A stretch of 64,000 bases of DNA from an uncultured archaeon (GCA_903866625.1 CAIPOI010000002.1:37063-101062); one strand, 5' to 3'; shown: positions 1 through 8,792, counted from the stretch's first letter. Notes: generated from the letters alone by a model not told the origin. Numbers and translations are program-made.

Positions 1-423
1 ACTAATTTCATAACCTGATTTTTTTAGATTACTATTGAGTATGCTAAAACAATTTTTTACATCTGCTAAAACAAGATTATTAATTTTTGCTCTTACTTTT
101 TCGATAAGCATGGGCTCTTGATTAACACAAGGAGAATAATATGTAGAGGTTAAACATAGATAAGGAACTTTTTTTCCAAGATAAAGTGCGTAATTTCTTC
201 CACCATCATAAAGATTACTTTGGGTTATATTTGTCTCGGCTTTCTGTAAAGATTCTTGAATACAATTGGTTATGTAGATCTTAGGGTCAGATATATTTGT
301 CTTTTGATTTCTTGAATGATTAACTATCAAAAATATTAATCCTATTACTACAACTAATATAACCGCTACACCGATAAACATTGAAAGTTGGGCCTTTTTA
401 TTTATTTTTTTCTTCTCAATCAT
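1..423 (-). CDS. Pilin-like/secreted protein with archaeal class III (type IV pilin-type) signal peptide; C-terminal part lies beyond the left window edge
   Basis: Not in ORF track (no stop inside window). ATG at 423..421. My translation is MIEKKKINKKAQLSMFIGVAVILVVVIGLIFLIVNHSRNQK...: a short basic N-terminus, K-A-Q, then about 20 hydrophobic residues. Same layout as 51906..52619 (MSKKGQLSLFIVVAIILVVIIVAFF). Confidence 0.5.
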   Translation of the reverse strand, partial: MIEKKKINKKAQLSMFIGVAVILVVVIGLIFLIVNHSRNQKTNISDPKIYITNCIQESLQKAETNITQSNLYDGGRNYALYLGKKVPYLCLTSTYYSPCVNQEPMLIEKVRAKINNLVLADVKNCFSILNSNLKKSGYEIS

Positions 424-562
424 TTTTCTCCTCTTCTTTATTTAATAATTCTATAGCTTTTTCTATAACATGAGATTTATTTCTAAATTTTCCATTTTCT
501 AAAAGCAAGGCTATTAGTTTTATGGTTTCTTTATCTACAGTTGCCGAAATTCTTTCCTTCAT
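416..562 (-). CDS. Small ribbon-helix-helix (CopG/Arc-like) protein, 48 aa
   Basis: Below ORF-track size cutoff. My translation is MKERISATVDKETIKLIALLLENGKFRNKSHVIEKAIELLNKEEEKND. It shows a beta-strand then two helices, typical of RHH. Its stop overlaps the ATG of the downstream pilin-like gene (AATGATTGA). Confidence 0.4.
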   Translation of the reverse strand: MKERISATVDKETIKLIALLLENGKFRNKSHVIEKAIELLNKEEEKND

Positions 563-711
563 TTCAAGTATTACTAAGTATTCTTTAGTATTATCCAGTA
601 TTACTAATATTTAAACCTTTTCAAACAAGAAAAATAAGCTTTAGGTGACAGTATTAATTAAAAAGGAGTAACACTGAAAAGCTTTATAAACGAGCAGAAA
701 TTAGTATTTTT

Positions 712-1278
712 ATGGAAAACACCTCTCAAAATAGAACTCTTATAACTAAGCACTATGGCTTAAATAGGCTTAATCTTTTGATTGCAGTTGTATCTGCACT
801 TATTATGATTGCTTTGGGTTTGCTTGCGGTTTACACTCTTAATTTTAGTTTAAGGGAAACTGCAGAAATGTCATTTTTACTTATGAGTTTTTACGCTTTA
901 CTTATGTTTATTTTAGCTATAAGAAGAACACTCGTAGAATCCAAGAGCATAGAAACAAAAGTTAAATTTGTGGAAAAGTTTATAGAAAAACCCTTGGTTG
1001 AAAGAGTAGTTATTCATGAGCCAGCAGAACCCAAAACTCGAACAATAACTAAAATAATCAATAAGGTAAGAACAATTAAACAAAAATCCAAGAAACTTAA
1101 TATTCCTCACTATAAATTTGTAGGTTCAAGCGTTAACAAAGTTTTTCACACTCATAATTGTAGATTGGGAAAACTAATAAAAAAGAAATATAAAATTAGT
1201 CATAATACAAAAGCTTATTACCTTCAAAGAAAATTCAAACCTTGCAAGGTTTGTATTCTAAAGCAGAAGAAGGTTTAA
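712..1278 (+). CDS. Membrane protein (2 TM) with C-terminal His/Cys metal-binding motif resembling the Ada-type Zn-binding domain
   Basis: Two hydrophobic helices occur in the N-terminal 70 aa. The C-terminus is KFVGSSVNKVFHTHNCRLGKLIKKKY...KFKPCKVC (H-x-x-C ... C-x-x-C). The function call is weak. Confidence 0.45.
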   Translation: MENTSQNRTLITKHYGLNRLNLLIAVVSALIMIALGLLAVYTLNFSLRETAEMSFLLMSFYALLMFILAIRRTLVESKSIETKVKFVEKFIEKPLVERVVIHEPAEPKTRTITKIINKVRTIKQKSKKLNIPHYKFVGSSVNKVFHTHNCRLGKLIKKKYKISHNTKAYYLQRKFKPCKVCILKQKKV

Positions 1279-1303
1279 GATAATTCTAATTTGTACTAGC
1301 CAG

Positions 1304-2032
1304 TTATTCAGTCTCCACTCTTGGAGCAAGAATAAAACTCAACTCCATCAAAGGTGTTCTGAAATCTAACTTTAATGGATAATCATTGCCAAAATTAATA
1401 ACCACTTTTTCAGTAAGCTTGGAACCCTTTATCATCTTTTGCAAATATTCAATCGAATATTTACTCTTAGATTTGTAAGGAGATTCAATATAAACTGCAT
1501 CACTTGAATAAGCAAGATTTGCAGAATTCAAAGGTCCACGACCCGAAACACTAAACTTTCCTGGGTCCGCCTCAAAAGAGCAAGAATCTGCTACTATAGA
1601 ACAATCTTCAATAGCTTCAGATAAGTCTGAAGAACTTAACTCCACCTTGGTTGTAAACTCTAAGTTTGGAATAGGTTTATCTTTGTTTTCCAAATCAATC
1701 AATGCAAGTGTAAACTCTCTCTTGATTCTATCAATTATCTCTAACTTTAGTATATTATCTTCAGTCTTCATAATTAAAGAGCTTCCAACCGAACATCTTC
1801 TAAGAATAGCTTTAAGACTATCTAAATTCACCCCTATAGTTTCTTCATTAACTTCAAGTTGAGAAAAAGCAGGAGCAGGTAAAACAAAAACTGTCATAGC
1901 AACATTTGCAGGATCAATAGCAACAATGCTCATGCCTGCACTATTTACTTTTATTTTTACCTCTGAAACTAACTCAGATATAATTCCTACAACATCAGAA
2001 AATAGTTTCGGATTATCTAACCTCAATATCAT
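1304..2032 (-). CDS. pcn: DNA polymerase sliding clamp PCNA
   Basis: 242 aa, the typical PCNA length. The C-terminal ...LSFILAPRVETE matches the archaeal PCNA LAPRxE tail. It is divergently paired with the primase gene. Confidence 0.85.
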   Translation of the reverse strand: MILRLDNPKLFSDVVGIISELVSEVKIKVNSAGMSIVAIDPANVAMTVFVLPAPAFSQLEVNEETIGVNLDSLKAILRRCSVGSSLIMKTEDNILKLEIIDRIKREFTLALIDLENKDKPIPNLEFTTKVELSSSDLSEAIEDCSIVADSCSFEADPGKFSVSGRGPLNSANLAYSSDAVYIESPYKSKSKYSIEYLQKMIKGSKLTEKVVINFGNDYPLKLDFRTPLMELSFILAPRVETE

Positions 2033-2172
2033 ATAATTATACTCTTGCTTGGGCTTTTAAATATTGTTGTTGTGTTTTATACTAAACAAAAAATCTTAGG
2101 GAATATTTATACCACTTATTTTTACTACAAAACGTAGATTAGTTATTTAAACTAGCAGAAGGGTAAATTATT

Positions 2173-3783
2173 ATGGTTGAAAACAAAAAAAACGAGCCAG
2201 AAGAGAAAAAAGAAGTAAGCTTAAAAGAACAAAGAATTAGAAGAATTGCTCTCTTATACTATTCTCGTCAGGATATAAGAAAAAATTTAGTAGAATTTTC
2301 AAAGAATAGGGAGTGTGTTCCAAGATATTTTGAAGGTTTTGGTTCCCGACCAGACGCATTTCAGTACGAATCTGACATAATTGAATATGCTAAAAAAGGC
2401 GCAACAAGTTTTCATTGTTCTGAAGAGTTATGGCGAGATCCTTTAGAAATAGTTACTGGCATGTCTGATTCAGATTTTAAGAAATTAAGAATTGGCTGGG
2501 ACTTGCTTATAGATATTGATTGTAAATATTTAGAATATAGTAAAAAAGCAGCATATTCTATTATTCAAGCATTAAAATCTGCAGGAGTAAAAAATGTTGG
2601 ACTGAAATTTTCAGGAGGAAAGGGTTTTCATATTATTGTTCCTTCAAAGGCTTTTCCTGAAGAAATTTCTGGAAAAAAAACTTCTGAAATGTTTCCAGAA
2701 TGGCCGAGAAGAATATGTGCCTATCTAAAAGAAAAATCAAGAGATTTTTTAGAAATAGAAATGCAAGAAGAAGATGCTAAATCTATGTCCAAATTTGATA
2801 AAGGTATGATTTGTGAAACTTGTAAAAATCTTAGTCAAGAAAAGGAAAAAGTGCTTTATGTCTGTCCGGGATGCAGAACTGAAATTGAGAATCTTGTTGA
2901 TAATTTTAAAAGAAAAAGAATTATCCGTTGCCCAAAATGTGAGAAAGAAATGCAAGAATCTTCAAGAAGCAAATTTTATCTGTGTACAATTTGCAATAAA
3001 AATTCAAAAACACATCCCCAGAACTTTAAAATGGAAAAAGAGGACATCTTTCAGATTCTTGGATTAGATGTCATTTTAGTTTCTCCAAGACACCTCTTCA
3101 GAATGCCTTATTCACTACATGAAAAAACTGCACTAGTAAGTGTAGTAATAAGTCCTGAACAGCTAAAAGATTTCGATATGATCAAAGATGCAGATCCCAT
3201 GAGAGTAATTCCAAGGAGCTTTATTCCAAACTCCGAGATAGATGAAGCAAAAAGATTGCTAATTGAAGCTATCGAATACAAACTTCCAGAAGAAAAAGCA
3301 GTAAAAACCCCCACTTACAATAGCATAGAAAAAGAATTTAATAGGGATGGAACAGAAAAAAAACCATTAGCAGAAATAAATAAAGACAAGAAGTTTTCAG
3401 ATATAGATTATTCAAGGGTAAAAGAAGAACACTATCCCCCAACAATAAAAAAGATTTTAGCAGGAATGAAAACTGATGGAAGAAAGAGAGCATTATTTAT
3501 TTTATTAAGTTTTTTTAAATCTTTGAGAATGAATGATGAGGCTATTAATGAAAAAATCGAAGAATGGAATAAGAAGAATACAGAACCTCTTCATCCAAGT
3601 TATATTAGGGGTCAGTTAGGGTGGTATGCAAAGTCTAAACAATTAAAACTTCCACCAAATTTTGATAAACCTTATTACAAAGAAATTGGAATCCTCCCAA
3701 GTGAAGAAGAACTAAAAGCAAAAAATCCATTGAGTTATGCTGTAAGAAAAAGTTTTGGAAATAATTTTAAGAAGAAAAATTAG
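2173..3783 (+). CDS. DNA primase, fused PriS catalytic core plus PriL-CTD-like helical domain
   Basis: WDLLIDIDCK (DxD) and KFSGGKGFHIIVP are PriS catalytic motifs. Four CxxC pairs (CETC, CPGC, CPKC, CTIC) are inserted. The C-terminal HYPPTIKKILAG...RKRALFILLSFFKSL resembles the PriL-CTD PPC helix, with Cys replaced by Thr. Confidence 0.7.
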   Translation: MVENKKNEPEEKKEVSLKEQRIRRIALLYYSRQDIRKNLVEFSKNRECVPRYFEGFGSRPDAFQYESDIIEYAKKGATSFHCSEELWRDPLEIVTGMSDSDFKKLRIGWDLLIDIDCKYLEYSKKAAYSIIQALKSAGVKNVGLKFSGGKGFHIIVPSKAFPEEISGKKTSEMFPEWPRRICAYLKEKSRDFLEIEMQEEDAKSMSKFDKGMICETCKNLSQEKEKVLYVCPGCRTEIENLVDNFKRKRIIRCPKCEKEMQESSRSKFYLCTICNKNSKTHPQNFKMEKEDIFQILGLDVILVSPRHLFRMPYSLHEKTALVSVVISPEQLKDFDMIKDADPMRVIPRSFIPNSEIDEAKRLLIEAIEYKLPEEKAVKTPTYNSIEKEFNRDGTEKKPLAEINKDKKFSDIDYSRVKEEHYPPTIKKILAGMKTDGRKRALFILLSFFKSLRMNDEAINEKIEEWNKKNTEPLHPSYIRGQLGWYAKSKQLKLPPNFDKPYYKEIGILPSEEELKAKNPLSYAVRKSFGNNFKKKN

Positions 3784-3787
3784 TCGT

Positions 3788-3991
3788 TTAAATTCTGTAT
3801 CTTCTTATAACTATATAAAAAGAGCAAATAAGAATAGTAAAAATAAATAACGTCACACTAAGAGTATCGGTTATTTCTAAAGTTGCTGTTGCTGAAACAT
3901 TTCCAGTTATCCTTAGAGTTAGAAAAAACATGAATAAAAGTAGGTTTGCTAAGATTAAAAATACTATACTCAAAAACAGCATTTTTTTCAT
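3788..3991 (-). CDS. Small membrane protein (2 TM), hypothetical
   Basis: 67 aa, almost entirely two hydrophobic helices. No homology recognised. Confidence 0.3.
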   Translation of the reverse strand: MKKMLFLSIVFLILANLLLFMFFLTLRITGNVSATATLEITDTLSVTLFIFTILICSFYIVIRRYRI

Positions 3992-4029
3992 AACTTTATA
4001 TATTTCTCAAGTTTTTAATCCTTACGCTG

Positions 4030-4045
4030 GTAAGATTTATTAACA
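4030..4045 (+). promoter_or_regulatory. BRE/TATA-like promoter element (gtaagatttattaaca)
   Basis: An AAGATTTAT(T/A)A motif lies about 20 nt upstream of the ATG at 4065. The same motif recurs at 8861 and 51871. Confidence 0.4.
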
Positions 4046-4064
4046 ACCTAAGTTTAAATTAAAA

Positions 4065-4892
4065 ATGCAAAATCCAATTAATAAACCCTCGCGAAAACCA
4101 GTAAGTGTAACTGAACTAACTGCTTGGGAATATTGCCCAAGAAAACTTTTTATTCAAAAAATTTTAAAACTGCCATCTAAGCTGAATCGAGCCATGCTTT
4201 TAGGAAAGATAAAGCATCAGACAATAGAACTTCTCTCTAATAATGAAGAAAAAATAATAAAAAATATAGACAAAGATTATGATAAATTAGACTTAGTTTT
4301 AATATATGAAAAATTCATCCGAGATTTAGTAGAGAAAATCTTTCAGGATAATAGAAGAATATTAGAAGGATTTAATATAACTCTTGAAGAAATTAATAAA
4401 AAAGTTATGTCTGACTTTTCTCATGATCTCAAATTAAGAGTAAGTTCGATAAAAGATAAACTGAAATTTGGTTTTTTTAAAGATAAGTTATGGGATTCCT
4501 TGGATTCTTTATTTATTTCTGAATTAAGACTTGAATCTCAAGAGCATGGATTAAAGGGCAGGGTAGATAGGATAGAAATTGTAAAATCAACTAATGAAAT
4601 AATTCCCTATGAACTGAAAACAAGGGAAGAAAGAATATTTCATTCTGATGAGATTCAATTAACCGCTTATTCAATTATGCTCGAGGAACACTATAGAACA
4701 AAAGTAGCAAGAGGATTTATTGAATCAGGAACAAATAAGCAAGAGATAAAAATTACAGAAGAACTAAAAAAAGAGGTTTTGGATTTAATCGAAAAGATAA
4801 GGAATATTGAAAATTCTCCTCCTCCCGCAATGCTTTCAAATTTTAACAAATGCAGGAGCTGCGAATTTCAAGAAGAGTGTATGAAGCTGTGA
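4065..4892 (+). CDS. Cas4/RecB-family PD-(D/E)xK nuclease with Fe-S cysteines
   Basis: N-terminal Cys in WEYCPRKLF. GRVDRIE...IIPYELKTRE gives the D...ExK motif and QLTAYSIML the QxxxY motif. C-terminal CRSCEFQEEC completes the set. This is the Cas4/DUF83 arrangement. Confidence 0.65.
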   Translation: MQNPINKPSRKPVSVTELTAWEYCPRKLFIQKILKLPSKLNRAMLLGKIKHQTIELLSNNEEKIIKNIDKDYDKLDLVLIYEKFIRDLVEKIFQDNRRILEGFNITLEEINKKVMSDFSHDLKLRVSSIKDKLKFGFFKDKLWDSLDSLFISELRLESQEHGLKGRVDRIEIVKSTNEIIPYELKTREERIFHSDEIQLTAYSIMLEEHYRTKVARGFIESGTNKQEIKITEELKKEVLDLIEKIRNIENSPPPAMLSNFNKCRSCEFQEECMKL

Positions 4893-4932
4893 AAACCAAA
4901 AGGGTTTTAAATACCTCAAACCTATTTGTCTT

Positions 4933-6804
4933 ATGAAAAAGGGTGTTAGTTGTATATTTGCTGTTTTAGTGCTTTCTATTCTTGCACTTTCTATGCTTTT
5001 AGCAGCAGATAATTCTTCAAATTCCACTTCAAATTCTTCTTCAACTTCCTTAACAGGATTTGAAAAATCCTATAGTTGTCTTAAAGATATTCTAGCAGGG
5101 AAAGATGTTACAAAACTAACTCAAGATGAACTTTCTTTCTCTTTACTTGCTATGTCTTATGATTCTTCTACTCAGACAAAAATAAAAAATGAATTAATGG
5201 TAAGGCAAGATTCCAGTAAATGTTGGCCAAAAGGCGCTTGCACAATAAGAGATACTGCAATTGCTCTTCTGGCACTTGACTCTATAGGCAAAGATACTAA
5301 GGACATACAAAATTGGCTTACTAATCAAACTATGAGCCCAACAGATTTAACTTGGTTTCTTCAAATTGATACTGATGCTACCACAAAAACAAAATGTACT
5401 ATCACTGCTGATGGAAGTTCAAAAACTATCTATGTAAATGAAGATAAAACTCTATCTGGAACTCCTGGAAGTTGCTTTACAATAGCTAATAATGATTGGT
5501 GGTTGCAAATCAATCCAAAATGTTATGGAAAGGATATTCAAGTTCAATGCGACAATTCTTTTTTAATAGCTACTCATTTTAAGAGAAAACTTGAAGATGT
5601 TAACTGGATTCCAGCAACAACTCAAACTTCTTCACCTGGCGGAACAAGAAATATCAGCGTTAATTCTATCTGCTTTAAAAAATCTGGAAGTTGTAATTAC
5701 GAAGGTAGCTTATGGGCTTCTCTAGCTTTAAACAAAAAAGACTCTTCAATAAGAGAAAAAGTTCTACCCTATCTTATGACTTCTGCCAGTGCAAATGAAA
5801 GATTACTTCCTTCTTCTTTCTTATATATGATTACTGGATATAATGATTATTTCCAAGAACTAACTAATCTTCAAAAGACACAAGGTTACTGGCAGGTTAC
5901 TTCTGAACAATCAAGAAGATACTATGATACTGCTACTGCTTTACTCGCTTTAAATGAAAGAGCAGAACAAGCAGATACAGCAAAAGAATATTTAATTCAA
6001 CCTGATGTTCAGGGTTCAGATGGCTGTTACAATAAAAATATTGCCGATGTAGCTTACATACTTTACGCATCTTCTCCAAAAACTCCTGTTTCAACAACTG
6101 ATACTGTAAGAAGTCAATGCGCAGATTTTTCTACTCAATATGGTTATAGCTGTTCAACTTCCAGAGATTGTGAATCTCAGGGCGGAAAAGTTTTAACAAA
6201 CTTTGATTGCTTCTCAGGATTTGTCTGTTGCAGCATTTCTACTACTCAAAAAGCCTGTCTGGATATGGGTGGAAAAAAATGTTCCTCTACTCAAGAATGT
6301 AGTTCTGGAGGATTTTCTCTAGCTTCAGATACAAGTTATTGTTGCTTATCTGGGGATTGTCAAGATAAATCTTCTGATACCCTGAATGAGTGTGAGCAGC
6401 AGGGTTCTGGCTATTTTTGTAGCTCTTCATGCGACTCTGCAAATATTCAAAACTTTGAATGTTCTAACTCTGGAGAATACTGCTGTTCTTCAAGTCAAGC
6501 AAAGAAAAGTCTTTGGTGGGTTTGGGTATTAATCTTACTAATTATTCTTTTAGCACTAGCCATAATCTTTAGAAATCAACTAAAAGTTTGGCTATTTAAA
6601 AGAGAGTCTGGATTTTCAAAATCTCCACTATCTCAAGAATCAAGACCTCCAATGCCACCTTCAAATCAGGGATTAATGTCTATGCCAAGAAGAATCTTGC
6701 CAAATCCCTCTTCAAGACCAATCTCTCCAATGCAGAGAAGACCTTTTCCAAAAGATAGAGAATTGGACGAAACTTTAAGGAAACTTAAGGATATGAGCAA
6801 ATAA
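4933..6804 (+). CDS. Secreted, C-terminally TM-anchored surface protein: alpha/alpha-toroid (prenyltransferase/terpene-cyclase-like repeat) region, three Cys-rich modules, TM helix, Pro-rich cytoplasmic tail
   Basis: Signal peptide MKKGVSCIFAVLVLSILALSML. Repeated DTAIALLAL / TATALLAL motifs. Cys-rich modules at 6118..6486. TM helix WWVWVLILLIILLALAIIF. Tail RPPMPPSNQG... Confidence 0.6.
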   Translation: MKKGVSCIFAVLVLSILALSMLLAADNSSNSTSNSSSTSLTGFEKSYSCLKDILAGKDVTKLTQDELSFSLLAMSYDSSTQTKIKNELMVRQDSSKCWPKGACTIRDTAIALLALDSIGKDTKDIQNWLTNQTMSPTDLTWFLQIDTDATTKTKCTITADGSSKTIYVNEDKTLSGTPGSCFTIANNDWWLQINPKCYGKDIQVQCDNSFLIATHFKRKLEDVNWIPATTQTSSPGGTRNISVNSICFKKSGSCNYEGSLWASLALNKKDSSIREKVLPYLMTSASANERLLPSSFLYMITGYNDYFQELTNLQKTQGYWQVTSEQSRRYYDTATALLALNERAEQADTAKEYLIQPDVQGSDGCYNKNIADVAYILYASSPKTPVSTTDTVRSQCADFSTQYGYSCSTSRDCESQGGKVLTNFDCFSGFVCCSISTTQKACLDMGGKKCSSTQECSSGGFSLASDTSYCCLSGDCQDKSSDTLNECEQQGSGYFCSSSCDSANIQNFECSNSGEYCCSSSQAKKSLWWVWVLILLIILLALAIIFRNQLKVWLFKRESGFSKSPLSQESRPPMPPSNQGLMSMPRRILPNPSSRPISPMQRRPFPKDRELDETLRKLKDMSK

Positions 6805-6824
6805 TTTCTTTTTAATATATTATT

Positions 6825-8792
6825 CTAACTTACTTTTCCACCCTTTCTTTTAACTAGATAATCTAAAAACATGTTAGAATGAGTTCTAAAATCTTCAAAA
6901 GGTATTTCAAAAGTTACAGCATCAATAGAACTTGTTCCATCTAATAGCATTTCCATGCCCGCAAGTGCCAAGGGTTCCATTCCTCTCGCAATAGCTTTAT
7001 CAAGATATACCCTTGAATCTCTTACTCCAGTAGACATCAGTTTTTTTTCTTCAGCTCCAGGAATCCAAATTTCTGTAACTGGTTTTCTTCCACGATAACC
7101 CATATCCATACAGTGTTCGCACTTTTTTGTAGGGTCTTTAGCTCTATAAAGCCTTATGCCTCCGCCAAGATGTTCTTCATCAACGCCTAACAGCTCTCTC
7201 ATATCTTCAATGCCATTATAAGGAACTTTGCAGTTATCGCAGAGCTTTCTAACAAGTCTTTGAGCAACGATGCATCTTAAGAAATTTTGCAAGTCTGAAT
7301 TTTCAACTCCCATCTCAAAAAGTCTTGAGAGTGTTCCAGTAGCATCATTAGTATGCAGAGTTGAAAAAACCAAGTGTCCGGTCTTAGACGCTTCCATTGC
7401 TATTTTAGCAGTTTCTCCATCTCTGATTTCTCCAACAAGAATAACATCAGGGTCTTGTCTTAAATATCTCCTAAGCATTTCTGGAAAGGTTAATCCTATT
7501 TCGGGTCTTATCTGGGTTTGATTTATACCTTTGAGAGGTATTTCTATAGGGTCTTCAACAGAACCAATATTAATATCCGGTTTATTTAATTCTTGGAGTG
7601 CAGAATATAGCGTGGTTGTTTTTCCAGAACCCGTAGGACCTGTAACTAAAATTAATCCATTAGGCAATTCAGTTTGCCTCTTTAATTGAGTGTAAACCTT
7701 TTCAGGATAACCCAGTTTAGCTAGATTAAAATCCCTATCTAACTTTAACATTCTAAGAACTGCCTTTTCTCCAAAGAGAACCGGTATTGTAGAAACTCTG
7801 ATACTATATTCTTTTAAATATTTTTTAATTTCGTTGGCCATATCATCTTTTATAACGCTTTCGTCATCTGCTCTGTGCTCAAAAGTTATAACCCCATCTT
7901 GAGGGAGTCTTTTTTCTTCAATTCTTAATTTAGCAGAAGTCTTTACAGCATTAATTAAACTATTAAACACACTCATAGGAACTCTATATTCTGCTTCCTT
8001 TAACATTCCATCTACTCTGTATCTTATTCTACATCTTTCAGAATCAACTGGTTCTATATGCACATCTGTTGCCCCAAGTTTTCTGGCAGTTTTAAGAACT
8101 GCAAAATAAATTTTTCTGGCATTTTTTTCCTCATCAAAATTATTTAAAAATTGTCTTCTTTCATCAAATGCATTTGGGCCATAGGTTAAATCAAGAGCAT
8201 CCATAAATACTTTTTCAGGCAAAAAGATTCCTGTAACCTGATCTAGTATCCATTTCTTATCCGCTTCTAATGCAAGCTCTTCAGGTTCTAACTCACTCTC
8301 TAAATTTTTGGGCAATTTAAGATAATTATTAAAACAAGGAAGTAAGGAGCTTTCTAGTGCATCATAAATATTAACTGCATTTGCTATCTCTCCAGCATTA
8401 TGGGTTCTTATTCCCAAGGTTAGTCTTCTAATTGGTTGCTCTCCTGTCATCACATCTGCCTTTGTTCTTATTTCTTGAGCTAAAGGGATAATCCCATTTC
8501 TGTAAAATAAAGAATAATTATGTTCTTGAAATTCTGGATCGCTTGCTCCATTAGATTTTCTATCAAATTTAGTGAACTCAAGTCTATGGCCATGAAAAAA
8601 TTGAATCATATTCTCCCAGCTTGCAAAGGGCGTGGCTTCTATAAGGGGAACTGAATTACCTAGATAGGGCTGAAGTTCTGCTTCTAATCTTCCTATGTCT
8701 TGTAGTTGTGCCGGACTTAATCCTTCTATAGAGCTTCGCCTTAAAGAATCATATTTTAACTGTACAGCATTAGGTTCTGTAGACTCAACCAT
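6825..8792 (-). CDS. Type II/IV secretion / type IV pilus assembly ATPase, bacterial GspE/PilB type
   Basis: Walker A VTGPTGSGKTTTLYS. Walker B/Asp box DPDVILVGEIRD. His box TGHLVFSTLHTND. Tetracysteine CDNC...CEHC is followed by GYRGR. Confidence 0.85.
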   Translation of the reverse strand: MVESTEPNAVQLKYDSLRRSSIEGLSPAQLQDIGRLEAELQPYLGNSVPLIEATPFASWENMIQFFHGHRLEFTKFDRKSNGASDPEFQEHNYSLFYRNGIIPLAQEIRTKADVMTGEQPIRRLTLGIRTHNAGEIANAVNIYDALESSLLPCFNNYLKLPKNLESELEPEELALEADKKWILDQVTGIFLPEKVFMDALDLTYGPNAFDERRQFLNNFDEEKNARKIYFAVLKTARKLGATDVHIEPVDSERCRIRYRVDGMLKEAEYRVPMSVFNSLINAVKTSAKLRIEEKRLPQDGVITFEHRADDESVIKDDMANEIKKYLKEYSIRVSTIPVLFGEKAVLRMLKLDRDFNLAKLGYPEKVYTQLKRQTELPNGLILVTGPTGSGKTTTLYSALQELNKPDINIGSVEDPIEIPLKGINQTQIRPEIGLTFPEMLRRYLRQDPDVILVGEIRDGETAKIAMEASKTGHLVFSTLHTNDATGTLSRLFEMGVENSDLQNFLRCIVAQRLVRKLCDNCKVPYNGIEDMRELLGVDEEHLGGGIRLYRAKDPTKKCEHCMDMGYRGRKPVTEIWIPGAEEKKLMSTGVRDSRVYLDKAIARGMEPLALAGMEMLLDGTSSIDAVTFEIPFEDFRTHSNMFLDYLVKRKGGKVS

